Source of the DNA: Elusimicrobia bacterium GWA2_61_42
Lineage (GTDB): Bacteria; Elusimicrobiota; Elusimicrobia; Elusimicrobiales; UBA9959
Assembly (NCBI GenBank): GCA_001799615.1
Contig: MGTU01000027.1
Coordinates: 27,451 to 91,450, forward strand
Direction of reading: 5' to 3'
DNA: 64,000 nt
The notes below the pieces were generated by a model, which worked only from the letters and a program-made list of their open reading frames with translations, was not told the origin of the DNA and made no database searches. A program made the position numbers and the translations under genes. This document shows, piece by piece, positions 17,156-25,567 of the stretch (position 1 is the stretch's first letter; every line of letters starts with the position of its first letter).

Positions 17156-19087
17156 ATGGACAGCAAAGACGGAAAAAAGAAAGAATCGATAGACGAAATA
17201 CTTTCGGACCTTAACGGGCTCCTGAACAAGATGCCGTCCATTCTTGACGGCATTAAAATGCCGGAGATAAAACCGGTTGAGTTCGTAAAGCCGGAACCTG
17301 TGCCCGCCCCGGAGCCGGAACCGGTTAAAAAAGACACCCCCGCCTCCCCGGACGCGGATAAAACTATTATTCTCGAAGCTTTTTCCGGCCTGCCCGAAGG
17401 CGCCGCGGCGCCGGAGGAAAAGCCCGTCGAACCCGCGCAGGACGCCGGCGACAAAACGATGATCATAGAAGCTTTTTCCAGGCTGCCCGAGGGCGCCCAG
17501 GCCCCCGAACCTGAAAAACTGGTGCCGCAAAGCCTTGGAGATTTTATGTTCGGTGAAGACGCGCAGGCGCAGAACGCCGAACAGCCCGCCGCGGAACCTG
17601 CCGCAGCGGAGCAGCCCGTTCCCACGATAGCCGAATTCACCCCTGCGGCCGACCAGAAGCCGGAGCCGGGGTTTGCGGAAGACGCGGAGGGTTTCCCCGC
17701 GATCGAGCCGGAAACGCCGGCAGACGCGCAGCCCGAACCGGAGAAGCCGGTGGCCGGCCTGTCCGCCGCTCACGCGTATGAAAGCACCAGGGATTTCGGC
17801 GTTCCCGACATAGACGCCCTGATGCAGCTTTCCGAAGGGGATATCAAGGACCTGACGGGCCCGGAGGCCTCGCTGGAGCCGGCCTCGGATCCCATGTCCC
17901 AGCCTGAACCGGACAAGGCGGAACCGTCCATGAACGAGCTGGCTGATTTTGAAAAACAGCTGAACGCGGCGGCGCCGCAGGGGGAAGCGATGGAGAACAA
18001 GCCGGAAGAACAAAAACCTGAAATTCAGCAGGAGCCGGAAGGCCTCGTACTCGAGCCTGCCTCAAAACCGGAAACCGGCTTCGAGGGCCTTACCATAGAG
18101 CCCGAAACCCAGGCCGCGCCCGAAGCCGCCCAAACTCCCGCCGGGGAGCCGGAAGGCCTGGTGCTCGAGCCCGCCTCAAAACCGGAAACCGGCTTCGAGG
18201 GCCTTACCCTGGAACCCGAAACCCAGGCCGCGCCCGAAGCCGCCCAAACTCCCGCCGGGGAGCCGGAAGGCCTCGTGCTTGAGCCCGCCTCAAAACCGGA
18301 AGCCGGCTTCGAGGGCCTTACCCTGGAGCCCGAAACCCAGGCCGCGCCCGAAGCCGCCGAAACGCTGCAGCTGGAACCGTCCAGCGCGGTCAACGCCGCC
18401 CCCGCCGCCGGCATAGAACTTTCCATCGGCAGCCAGCCTGAAGCGCAGCCTGCGGCCGTACAGCCCGAGCCCCTCCCCGCCGACAAAGCCGAGGAAACCT
18501 TGTCCGTAAGCCCCAGGGAACCCGGCCTGGTGCTGGAACCCGCCAGCGCGGCCATTTCCGGCTCCGCCGCTTCCGGGGACGAGACGCTCGTCATGCCGCC
18601 GCCTGCCGGCGGCTCCGGCGAAGAAGATAAGACCGTTATTTTTGAGGCGGGCGCCGGTCCCGGCGTTACTTCCCGCTCCCAGGCCGGGGACCTGGCCGGG
18701 CTGGCCGAAAGGCCCGTGCCCGAGGGCATTCCCGCGGAGCGGGTGAGATCGGTGTGCTTCTTTTACGCCTCCGAAGACAAAGCTCTGTGCGCCACGGTGC
18801 TGGCCGAGCTGGATTCCATCTGCCTGAAGTCCGCCGCCAAGCCTATGTTCGTAAAGCGCGCTTCCGTGCGCGAATGCGACCCCGAGATGAACGCCAACTA
18901 TATCCTGCAGACCGTTACCGACGCCGGCGGGCAGGGCCTGGTCTGCGTAGGGGCTATCCCGCAGGAGAAACTCTACGAGATCGAAACCGCGTTCAGCGGC
19001 TCGGGCGGATTTTTCCGGCATTATGACTCGGCCGGTTTCAGCCATTCCTCGGCGTTGGACCTGGTAACGGAGCTTATCCTCCGGTAA
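17156..19087 (+). CDS. acidic Pro/Glu-rich repeat protein with a structured ~116-aa C-terminal domain (hypothetical)
   Basis: 643 aa. N-terminal helix ESIDEILSDLNGLLNKMPSIL. Long P/E/A-rich region with DKTxIxEAFSxLPEGA x2 and a 38-aa unit x3. C-terminal region VCFFYASEDKAL...GLVCVG...ALDLVTELILR has alternating hydrophobic strand/helix periodicity. Confidence 0.7.
   Translation: MDSKDGKKKESIDEILSDLNGLLNKMPSILDGIKMPEIKPVEFVKPEPVPAPEPEPVKKDTPASPDADKTIILEAFSGLPEGAAAPEEKPVEPAQDAGDKTMIIEAFSRLPEGAQAPEPEKLVPQSLGDFMFGEDAQAQNAEQPAAEPAAAEQPVPTIAEFTPAADQKPEPGFAEDAEGFPAIEPETPADAQPEPEKPVAGLSAAHAYESTRDFGVPDIDALMQLSEGDIKDLTGPEASLEPASDPMSQPEPDKAEPSMNELADFEKQLNAAAPQGEAMENKPEEQKPEIQQEPEGLVLEPASKPETGFEGLTIEPETQAAPEAAQTPAGEPEGLVLEPASKPETGFEGLTLEPETQAAPEAAQTPAGEPEGLVLEPASKPEAGFEGLTLEPETQAAPEAAETLQLEPSSAVNAAPAAGIELSIGSQPEAQPAAVQPEPLPADKAEETLSVSPREPGLVLEPASAAISGSAASGDETLVMPPPAGGSGEEDKTVIFEAGAGPGVTSRSQAGDLAGLAERPVPEGIPAERVRSVCFFYASEDKALCATVLAELDSICLKSAAKPMFVKRASVRECDPEMNANYILQTVTDAGGQGLVCVGAIPQEKLYEIETAFSGSGGFFRHYDSAGFSHSSALDLVTELILR
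18032..18360 (+). repeat. in-frame tandem repeat, 114-bp period, ~2.9 near-identical copies
   Basis: GAGCCGGAAGGCCT... restarts at 18032, 18146 and 18260. Encodes EPEGLVLEPASKPE[T/A]GFEGLT[I/L]EPETQAAPEAAQTPAG. Confidence 0.95.
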
Positions 19088-19092
19088 CAACT

Positions 19093-20859
19093 ATGATAAA
19101 AAAGTGGGACGTGGCCCCGGCGCCGAGCGAAAATAATCCTGGCCGGCATAAGCTCCTGATCAAGGGGGAGATGAAAGACATCTTTCTCATAGTCAAGAAC
19201 CTGGGCAGCCTTTGTTCCCGCCCCGAAAAAACTACGGGTGAGTTTAACTTCATAATTTACCTGTCCAAACTCGAGATGGACACGATGAAGAAGCTGAAGT
19301 CCGTGGCGGCGGAACTTAGTTCCCCGGCCGCGGCCGAAGCCGATTCTTTCGGCGGAGAGCCGGCGCCTTTCGATACGCCCAAACCCACTCTTAAAGCCGA
19401 GTCCCAGCCCGCGCCCAAGGCGCAGCCGGCGCCCGTGCAGCAGCCTAAGCCGGCGCCCGCGCCGGAAATTAAAGCGGCTCCGGCCCCGGCGCCGCAGCCC
19501 GCCCCGGTACAGCAGCCCGCTCCCGCGCCCCAGGTCACGAGGCCGCCCGGGATGAGCGTCCCCTCTATCGCGGCCAGGGCCAGGAAGGAAGAAGAGGTCC
19601 CCGCCGCCGCCCCCGCTCCCGCGGCGGCCCCGGCCGCGGCCCCGTCCGGAGTTTCGGGCAGGATAAAGGCGAAGTGGTCCATGGAACTGCCGCTTATTCC
19701 GACCTACAGCTTCCAGACGCTGATAGCCGGTTCTCACAACCGCTTCGCGCATGCCGCCGCCATGGCGGTGGTGGAAAATCCCGGGGTGATCTACAACCCG
19801 CTGCTGGTCTTCGGCTCGCCGGGCACCGGCAAGACCCATTTCGTCAATTCCATTTCCTACGGGCTTTCCGCCTCCATCGGGCAGAGCAATATCTTCGTCA
19901 CCGACGGGATAAAGTTCTCAAAGGGCATAGAGCTCGCCCTCAAGGACGGCGGGCTGGGCCGGATCGAGGAGATCCTCTCCAAGGTGAAGGCGCTGATAAT
20001 CGACGACGTGCACCTGCTGATGGTTTCCGAAGCCAACAAGAAATACCTGTCCAAGTGGCTTAACGACTTCGTGGCGCAGAACAAGCAGATAGTAGTGACC
20101 TCCCTTTTTCCGCCGAAGTCGCTGTCCGGGCTGGAGGACGCCGTCGGTTTCCAGTTCACGCAGGGCTGGATGGTGGACCTTAAGATGCCTAACGCTCAGG
20201 CCTACAAATCCATCATAACGCAGCTGCTGCAGGGCCTGGAGGTCAAGCTGGCGGACGAGGAAATAAACGCGGTTTTCGCCAGCGGCATGATGCCTTTCGG
20301 CGACGTGGTGAAGACGCTCGAGGATATGAAAAAGCTCGAGAAGTTCCTGGTGAATTCCATGAACAGCGTCACGCACGCTCAACTGCTCGAAATGCTGCTT
20401 GGCCTCGGGGAAACGCCTATGCCCGGGGGGCTTACCGAAGACGACGCGCGCCAGGCTTCGGCCTGGCAGCCGACTGAAAAAGACACCTGGTTCAAGTGGG
20501 GGATCTTCTACCCCAAGGGGTTGCGCCGGGAGGCGGAGTACGCGCTGTATTCCCTGCACGAGCGCGCCAAGGAACTGGGCCTCAATACCGATTGGAGCCA
20601 GGTTTTCCTGGAAGAATACAACTCCGACGAGCTTTATGGCATACCCTTCAAGATCGGCAATTACGCCAGCGAGCGCAAAGTCAACGGCGCCATAATTCTC
20701 GGGCCGCAGCCTACTTCAGCCCTCGGGGCGCAGCAGGCGGAGTTCCGCCATATAGCCTTCAAGATAATGGACAGTTTCCTGGTAAAAGGGGCCTGGCTGC
20801 CTTTGGAAAAGCTGAAGTCAAAGTCGGCCTACGCCAAAATCCTCATGGACCTGGTCTGA
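19093..20859 (+). CDS. DnaA-derived AAA+ ATPase paralog lacking DnaA domain IV, with a novel C-terminal domain
   Basis: 588 aa. YSFQTLIAGSHNRFAHAAAMAVVENPGVIYNPLLVFGSPGTGKTHF (DnaA domain III entry plus Walker A), ALIIDDVHLL (Walker B), QIVVTS (sensor I). No HTH/basic-loop domain IV. Pro-rich linker between the N-terminal domain and the AAA+ core. Confidence 0.75.
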   Translation: MIKKWDVAPAPSENNPGRHKLLIKGEMKDIFLIVKNLGSLCSRPEKTTGEFNFIIYLSKLEMDTMKKLKSVAAELSSPAAAEADSFGGEPAPFDTPKPTLKAESQPAPKAQPAPVQQPKPAPAPEIKAAPAPAPQPAPVQQPAPAPQVTRPPGMSVPSIAARARKEEEVPAAAPAPAAAPAAAPSGVSGRIKAKWSMELPLIPTYSFQTLIAGSHNRFAHAAAMAVVENPGVIYNPLLVFGSPGTGKTHFVNSISYGLSASIGQSNIFVTDGIKFSKGIELALKDGGLGRIEEILSKVKALIIDDVHLLMVSEANKKYLSKWLNDFVAQNKQIVVTSLFPPKSLSGLEDAVGFQFTQGWMVDLKMPNAQAYKSIITQLLQGLEVKLADEEINAVFASGMMPFGDVVKTLEDMKKLEKFLVNSMNSVTHAQLLEMLLGLGETPMPGGLTEDDARQASAWQPTEKDTWFKWGIFYPKGLRREAEYALYSLHERAKELGLNTDWSQVFLEEYNSDELYGIPFKIGNYASERKVNGAIILGPQPTSALGAQQAEFRHIAFKIMDSFLVKGAWLPLEKLKSKSAYAKILMDLV

Positions 20860-20862
20860 TGA

Positions 20863-22791
20863 ATGGTTAACGAATTAATAGGGGCCGGCGTCCTGGGCGC
20901 GACCGGGGCTTTCGGGGCCTACTGGTACCTTAAGTTCCGGGAAGTGCTGCCCATAGAGAGCCGCCTGCTCTGCGCGCAGAAGGATTTCTCCGATTTCACC
21001 TCCTTTACCCGGGAAACGATGGAGCGCGCTTACGCCCCGGAGCAGCCGGAGCATTACGGCGACATCACCAACTACTACCTGATAAAACTGCACAAGGTTT
21101 TCCCGGACAGCTCCATGCTGCTTTTTGAAAAAGGCCAGGGGCAGTGGAAGCTGGTAAACTACCTCAAGCATTTCAAGGTCGAACCTAAACTGCTGACCGC
21201 CTACAAGTGGAGCGCCTTCGACCGCAGTTCCTCGGAAGGGGAACTGCTGCGCTTCGACGACGTCCGCGCCGGGGATTACCAGGGCGTGGCGGAGCTGTTC
21301 TCGGTTTTCGACATCAAGGCGGCGCTGATGTGCCCTTTCCGGCCGGCCGGCGGAGCGCCGGAGCGCCTGATAGTGTTCGGCGCGCATTCGCCGGCCTCTT
21401 TCGACGCGGCCCAGCCTTACCTGCGTTTCGTTGCGTCCCAGCTTTCCTCCATCTCCAAAGTTTCAGACAAGGTGTTCGCGCTCAAAAAAGAGACCGACAA
21501 CCTTAAGAGCGAAGTCAGCGCGGTGGTCAAGGAGCTGGACGTGGCGGGCTCCCGCCTTATACAGCGGGCCCGCGAGCGCAAGGCGCTTTACGAGGTGGTC
21601 ACGAAGGTGACGGGCCCCGGAGGCGATTCCCAGAACGGCTGTTCGGCCATCCTCAATATCGTGGCCAAGATGGTGGAAGCCGACGTGGTGGCCTGCCTGC
21701 TTTTCGACGAGGCTAAAGGCGAGCTGGTGGTCAGCCCGGGCTCCTACGGCATCCCGGATTCCGAGCGCATGCTCTACAGCATCCCGGTCAGCAACCACGC
21801 CTCGGCCTCGGTGCGCACCTTCCTGGGCCGCAAACCCTTCATTACCGCGGACGCGCAGAACGATCCGGACGTGGTCGCCCGCTACGCCAAGCTTTGGGAG
21901 ATCCATTCTTTGATGATCGTGCCCATCTGCCTGCACGACCGGATCATCGGCGTGATGCGCGTGGGCAGCCGCCGTCCCGATTTCTTCACCCCGGACCAGT
22001 TGGAGTTCCTCACCATAATCGCCGACGAGCTGGCCATCATCATAGAGATGGTCACGCTTTACGAGAACCTTTCGAAGACCGCGCAGGAGCTGGCGCAGCT
22101 AAATAAGCTCAAGGACGAATTCCTCGCCACCGTCAGCCACGAGCTGAAAACCCCGCTGACCACCATAAAGGGCTTCGTGTCGGTGATCCTGAGCGGAGAG
22201 GTCGGCCCCCTCAACGAGCAGCAGCTTAATTTCCTTACCGTCACGGACCAGTCCGTGAACCGCCTTACGCACCTGATCTCCAACCTTTTAGACCTGTCGC
22301 GCCTCAACGGGAAAGTGGAGATGGAATTCCAGAAAGTGGACCTGGTGGAGCTGGTGCGTTCCTCGGTTTCCACCATGCAGCTCAAAGCGCGCGAGCGGAA
22401 AGTGTCGCTGGACGGCGCCGTGGCCAAGGACCTGCCTCATGTGCAGGCCGACGCCCGCTGGATAACCCAGGTCATAGACAACCTGCTGATAAACGCCATC
22501 AAGTACGCCGGCGAAGGGGCGAAGGTCAACATAAGCGGGACGGACAAGGGCGAAGCCGTGGTCATTTGCGTGGAAGACAACGGCCCCGGCATACCGCCGG
22601 AAGAGCAGAAGATGGTCTTCGATAAATTTTACCGCGGGAAGTCCAGCGCGAACCAGGTGCCCGGTACCGGCCTGGGGCTCGCTATCTCGAGGTCTGTGGT
22701 GGAAAAGCACGGCGGCAAGATCTGGGTCGAATCCAAGCCGGGAAAAGGTTCCAGGTTCTGCTTCGCCCTGCCGATATCCAAGAGTAAATAG
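20863..22791 (+). CDS. membrane-anchored GAF-domain sensor histidine kinase
   Basis: 642 aa. N-terminal TM segment and GAF-like regions. HisKA H-box FLATVSHELKTPLTTIKGF. HATPase N, G1 and G2 boxes (DNLLINAIKY, EDNGPGI, GTGLGLAI). Confidence 0.88.
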   Translation: MVNELIGAGVLGATGAFGAYWYLKFREVLPIESRLLCAQKDFSDFTSFTRETMERAYAPEQPEHYGDITNYYLIKLHKVFPDSSMLLFEKGQGQWKLVNYLKHFKVEPKLLTAYKWSAFDRSSSEGELLRFDDVRAGDYQGVAELFSVFDIKAALMCPFRPAGGAPERLIVFGAHSPASFDAAQPYLRFVASQLSSISKVSDKVFALKKETDNLKSEVSAVVKELDVAGSRLIQRARERKALYEVVTKVTGPGGDSQNGCSAILNIVAKMVEADVVACLLFDEAKGELVVSPGSYGIPDSERMLYSIPVSNHASASVRTFLGRKPFITADAQNDPDVVARYAKLWEIHSLMIVPICLHDRIIGVMRVGSRRPDFFTPDQLEFLTIIADELAIIIEMVTLYENLSKTAQELAQLNKLKDEFLATVSHELKTPLTTIKGFVSVILSGEVGPLNEQQLNFLTVTDQSVNRLTHLISNLLDLSRLNGKVEMEFQKVDLVELVRSSVSTMQLKARERKVSLDGAVAKDLPHVQADARWITQVIDNLLINAIKYAGEGAKVNISGTDKGEAVVICVEDNGPGIPPEEQKMVFDKFYRGKSSANQVPGTGLGLAISRSVVEKHGGKIWVESKPGKGSRFCFALPISKSK

Positions 22792-22800
22792 GGGAATTGC

Positions 22801-23931
22801 ATGAAACCTGCCAAGTTCACTGTCTCTGTAGCCGCCGTATTTCTGCTGGGCGCCTGCGCTCACGCGCCGGCCCCGGGTTCCTTCAAGTCCGCGCCCGAAC
22901 TGCTGACGGCGGAGGGCGTTTGCGCGCTCAATTCCCGCGACCTGGCCGCTTCCCGGGCCTGCGCCGTGCTGGACGCCGAGCGCAGCGCGGTCAGCCGCGT
23001 GGCGGCCCTCTACCTTAACGACGAGGCCCGCGTGGAAAAATCCTCGGTCCTGGAAAACAGCCTGCTGAAAACTCCGCAGCCTTACGTGGCCCGGTATGAA
23101 ATAATGTCCGAGGGGCAGGACGGCTCCTACTACCGCGTACGCATGAAGACCTGGATCTACCAGGGAAGGATAGCCTCGGAACTGCGCACGCTTAACCTTT
23201 CCGGGCCCGCCGCGGCCGGGCCGCGCGCGGCCTTTGTGCAGCGCGGCGCCGCCGCCCCCGCTTTCGCCTCCGCTTTCAAAGAGGCTTTTTTAAAGCGCTC
23301 GGCGGTGATCATCGAGGAGTTTCCTTTCGCCGCGGATCCCGCCGTCGCGGCCGGGGGCGAGGCCGCCCTGCTGCAGGCGGCCTCCGCTTCTGGGGCCGAC
23401 CTGCTGCTGGCCGCTTCAGCCGCCGCCTCCGCTTCGGGGGCGGGGATAAATACGGGCTTCTATCCCTCCAAGGCCGAAGCTTTTGTGAAAGTTTACGACG
23501 CCGCTTCGGGCAAACTTTTGCTGGACCTTTCCAGCCAGGCGAACGGCATGGATTCCACCGAGGCCGGCTCTTTCTCAAAAGCGCTGTCCGCGGCCGGCGA
23601 ACTGCTGGCGCAGGAGACGGCCGCCCGCGCCGAGCGCCTGGTCAAGCCTGACGCCGCTATTACGCTGAAATTCTACGGCGTTGAAAGCCTGGAATCCCTT
23701 GAAAAACTGAAAGCCCAACTGCTGAAGCTCGACGCGAAGAGCATGCGGCTGGATAGCTACGCTTCGGGAACGGCGCTGTTCCAGGTGGTGCCGCTCCGCC
23801 CCGACCCGCAGGAGCTCGCCAGTTCCGTGCTGCGCGGCGATTCGCTGGGGCTGGAACTGGAAGGCACCGGCGCGCAGGAAGTCGCTTTCTCCCTGAGGGT
23901 CAAGAGCAGGGAAGTGTTTTTGCAGAATTAA
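22801..23931 (+). CDS. lipoprotein, LPP20/FlgO-like N-terminal region (hypothetical)
   Basis: Lipobox FLLGAC. The segment RACAVLDAERSAVSRVAALYL...YYRVRMKTWIY resembles LPP20-type lipoproteins. First gene of three consecutive lipoprotein genes ending in CsgG. Confidence 0.5.
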   Translation: MKPAKFTVSVAAVFLLGACAHAPAPGSFKSAPELLTAEGVCALNSRDLAASRACAVLDAERSAVSRVAALYLNDEARVEKSSVLENSLLKTPQPYVARYEIMSEGQDGSYYRVRMKTWIYQGRIASELRTLNLSGPAAAGPRAAFVQRGAAAPAFASAFKEAFLKRSAVIIEEFPFAADPAVAAGGEAALLQAASASGADLLLAASAAASASGAGINTGFYPSKAEAFVKVYDAASGKLLLDLSSQANGMDSTEAGSFSKALSAAGELLAQETAARAERLVKPDAAITLKFYGVESLESLEKLKAQLLKLDAKSMRLDSYASGTALFQVVPLRPDPQELASSVLRGDSLGLELEGTGAQEVAFSLRVKSREVFLQN

Positions 23932-23974
23932 CGGGCCGGGCGGCTTAAGCCGCGTTCTTCGGCAGGGGTAATTA

Positions 23975-24586
23975 ATGCGCTTGCGACTTGCCGTATCTGC
24001 GGTTTTACTGGGGATAGCGGCCGCGTGCGCCGGCAAGGCCGCGTACCTGGTCGCCCCCGCGCTGCGCACGGCCGCCGACCCGCGCGTGGCGGTGCTGCCC
24101 TTCGACAACCAGAGCACCGACGTCGGGGCCCCGGACGTGATGCGCAAACTGGCCGCCGAAAATTTCGAGAAGAGGGGTTATCCGGCCCTGCCCGCGGACG
24201 AGGTGGACGCGAAACTCTCCGCGCTGGGCGTTTCCGAGGGGGGGCAGCTGCCCGCGTTCAAGCCGGAGGAGCTGGGGCGGGCGCTGGGCGTCGACCTGCT
24301 CTGCTACGGTGACGTCGAGGATTTTACTTTTCAGAACCTCGGGTTCGTCGTGCGCAAGTCGGTGGCGCTGCGCGTCAAGGTGGTTTCGGCCGCCACGGGG
24401 GAAACCCTGTACGAGGGGTCCGGCTCGGGCAAGGACATAAAGATCTTCTTCGATAAGGACGAGGCGAAGGCCGCGTTCGTGGAGCAGCTGGCGGTGAAAC
24501 TGGTGCAGAATATTCTGAAGACGCCTCTGAAAAAAGAGGCCGACAAGGCGGCCTGGAAAGCCCTGGACAGCCTGCCGCGCAGGTAA
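23975..24586 (+). CDS. DUF799-like lipoprotein (CsgG-cluster partner)
   Basis: Lipobox IAAAC. VAVLPFDNQSTDVGAPDVMRK...GYPALP...LGVDLLCYGDVEDF...ALRVKVVSAATGETLYEG matches the pattern recalled for the DUF799 family found next to CsgG-like genes. Confidence 0.6.
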   Translation: MRLRLAVSAVLLGIAAACAGKAAYLVAPALRTAADPRVAVLPFDNQSTDVGAPDVMRKLAAENFEKRGYPALPADEVDAKLSALGVSEGGQLPAFKPEELGRALGVDLLCYGDVEDFTFQNLGFVVRKSVALRVKVVSAATGETLYEGSGSGKDIKIFFDKDEAKAAFVEQLAVKLVQNILKTPLKKEADKAAWKALDSLPRR

Positions 24587-24618
24587 GATCCGCAGTCTTA
24601 AGAGAACCGGAGGATAAA

Positions 24619-25554
24619 ATGAAAAAACTTAAACTTTTAGCCGCTGCCGCCCTGCTGCTGGGGGCTTGCTCGCCTTCCAAGACCGTGAAGACGCAGCAGG
24701 CGCTGAGCGTGGACAAGACCGAGAAGGTCAAGTCCAAATATACCGGCCCGAAGCGCCGCATCGGCGTGGTGGAATTCGACAATAAATCCGCCTACGGCCA
24801 GGGGCGCCTGGGCGGCGCCGCCTCCGACATCCTTGTCACCGAACTGGTCAAGTCCGGCAAGTTCATAGTGGTGGAACGCGACCGGCTCGGCAAGATCATG
24901 GAAGAACAGAAATTCCAGGCCCAGGGCATGACCGACCCGGCTACCGTCGCCAGGATAGGCCAGGTAATGGGCCTGGAGGCCATAGTGGTCGGCACGGTGT
25001 CCCAGTTCGGCGTTAAGAAAGAGGGCTCCGACTACCTGATCACGCAGTCGAAGCGCCAGGTCGCCGACGTGACCGTGGACATAAGGCTGGTGGACGTGCA
25101 GAGCGGCCAGGTGATACTGGCGGACTCGGGCAAGGGCATGGCCAAGTCCAGCAAGGCGTCTTTCCTGGGCATGGGCACCAAGGGCGGCTATGACGAAACG
25201 CTGGAGGGCGAGGCCCTGCGCGCTTCGCTGGTGCAGTTCGTCACCAACATCGCCAGCCAGCTCAATAAAAAACCCTGGTCGTGCATGGTGGCGGCTTCGG
25301 CCCAGGACCAGCTTTACCTGAACGCCGGCCCGGATTCCGGCGTGAACGAGGGGATGGAGCTCGACTGCTTCAGGCAGGGCTCGGAGATCCGCGACCCGCG
25401 CTCCAACCTGGTGATAGGCCACGTGGAAGAGTACCTGGGCCGCGCCGAGGTTACCGGCCCCTGCGGCGAGTCCGGCGACTGCGCCAAGGCGCAGTTCACG
25501 AAGTCCACCGGCGCGTCGGCCAAGACCGGCGACATCTGCCGCCTGGCCAAATAA
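24619..25554 (+). CDS. CsgG-family outer-membrane lipoprotein (curli-type secretion channel family) with extra ~100-aa C-terminal domain
   Basis: Lipobox LLGAC. RIGVVEFDNKSAYGQGRLGGAASDILVTELVKSGKFIVVERDRLGKIMEEQKFQ, LEAIVVGTVSQFG, VDIRLVDVQSGQVI. Confidence 0.85.
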   Translation: MKKLKLLAAAALLLGACSPSKTVKTQQALSVDKTEKVKSKYTGPKRRIGVVEFDNKSAYGQGRLGGAASDILVTELVKSGKFIVVERDRLGKIMEEQKFQAQGMTDPATVARIGQVMGLEAIVVGTVSQFGVKKEGSDYLITQSKRQVADVTVDIRLVDVQSGQVILADSGKGMAKSSKASFLGMGTKGGYDETLEGEALRASLVQFVTNIASQLNKKPWSCMVAASAQDQLYLNAGPDSGVNEGMELDCFRQGSEIRDPRSNLVIGHVEEYLGRAEVTGPCGESGDCAKAQFTKSTGASAKTGDICRLAK

Positions 25555-25567
25555 CCGGACCAGTTCT

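Noticed and set aside
18032-18360. Regularly spaced repeats that could superficially suggest a CRISPR-like array
   Set aside because: The period is 114 bp with no unique spacers. The repeat is fully in-frame within a coding region with matching codon bias. It is a protein tandem repeat.
19093-20859. Annotating this ORF as the chromosomal replication initiator DnaA (and the region as oriC-proximal)
   Set aside because: There is no domain IV, no dnaN/recF/gyrB neighbours, and no visible cluster of DnaA-box-like 9-mers or AT-rich unwinding element in the flanks. It is called a paralog instead.
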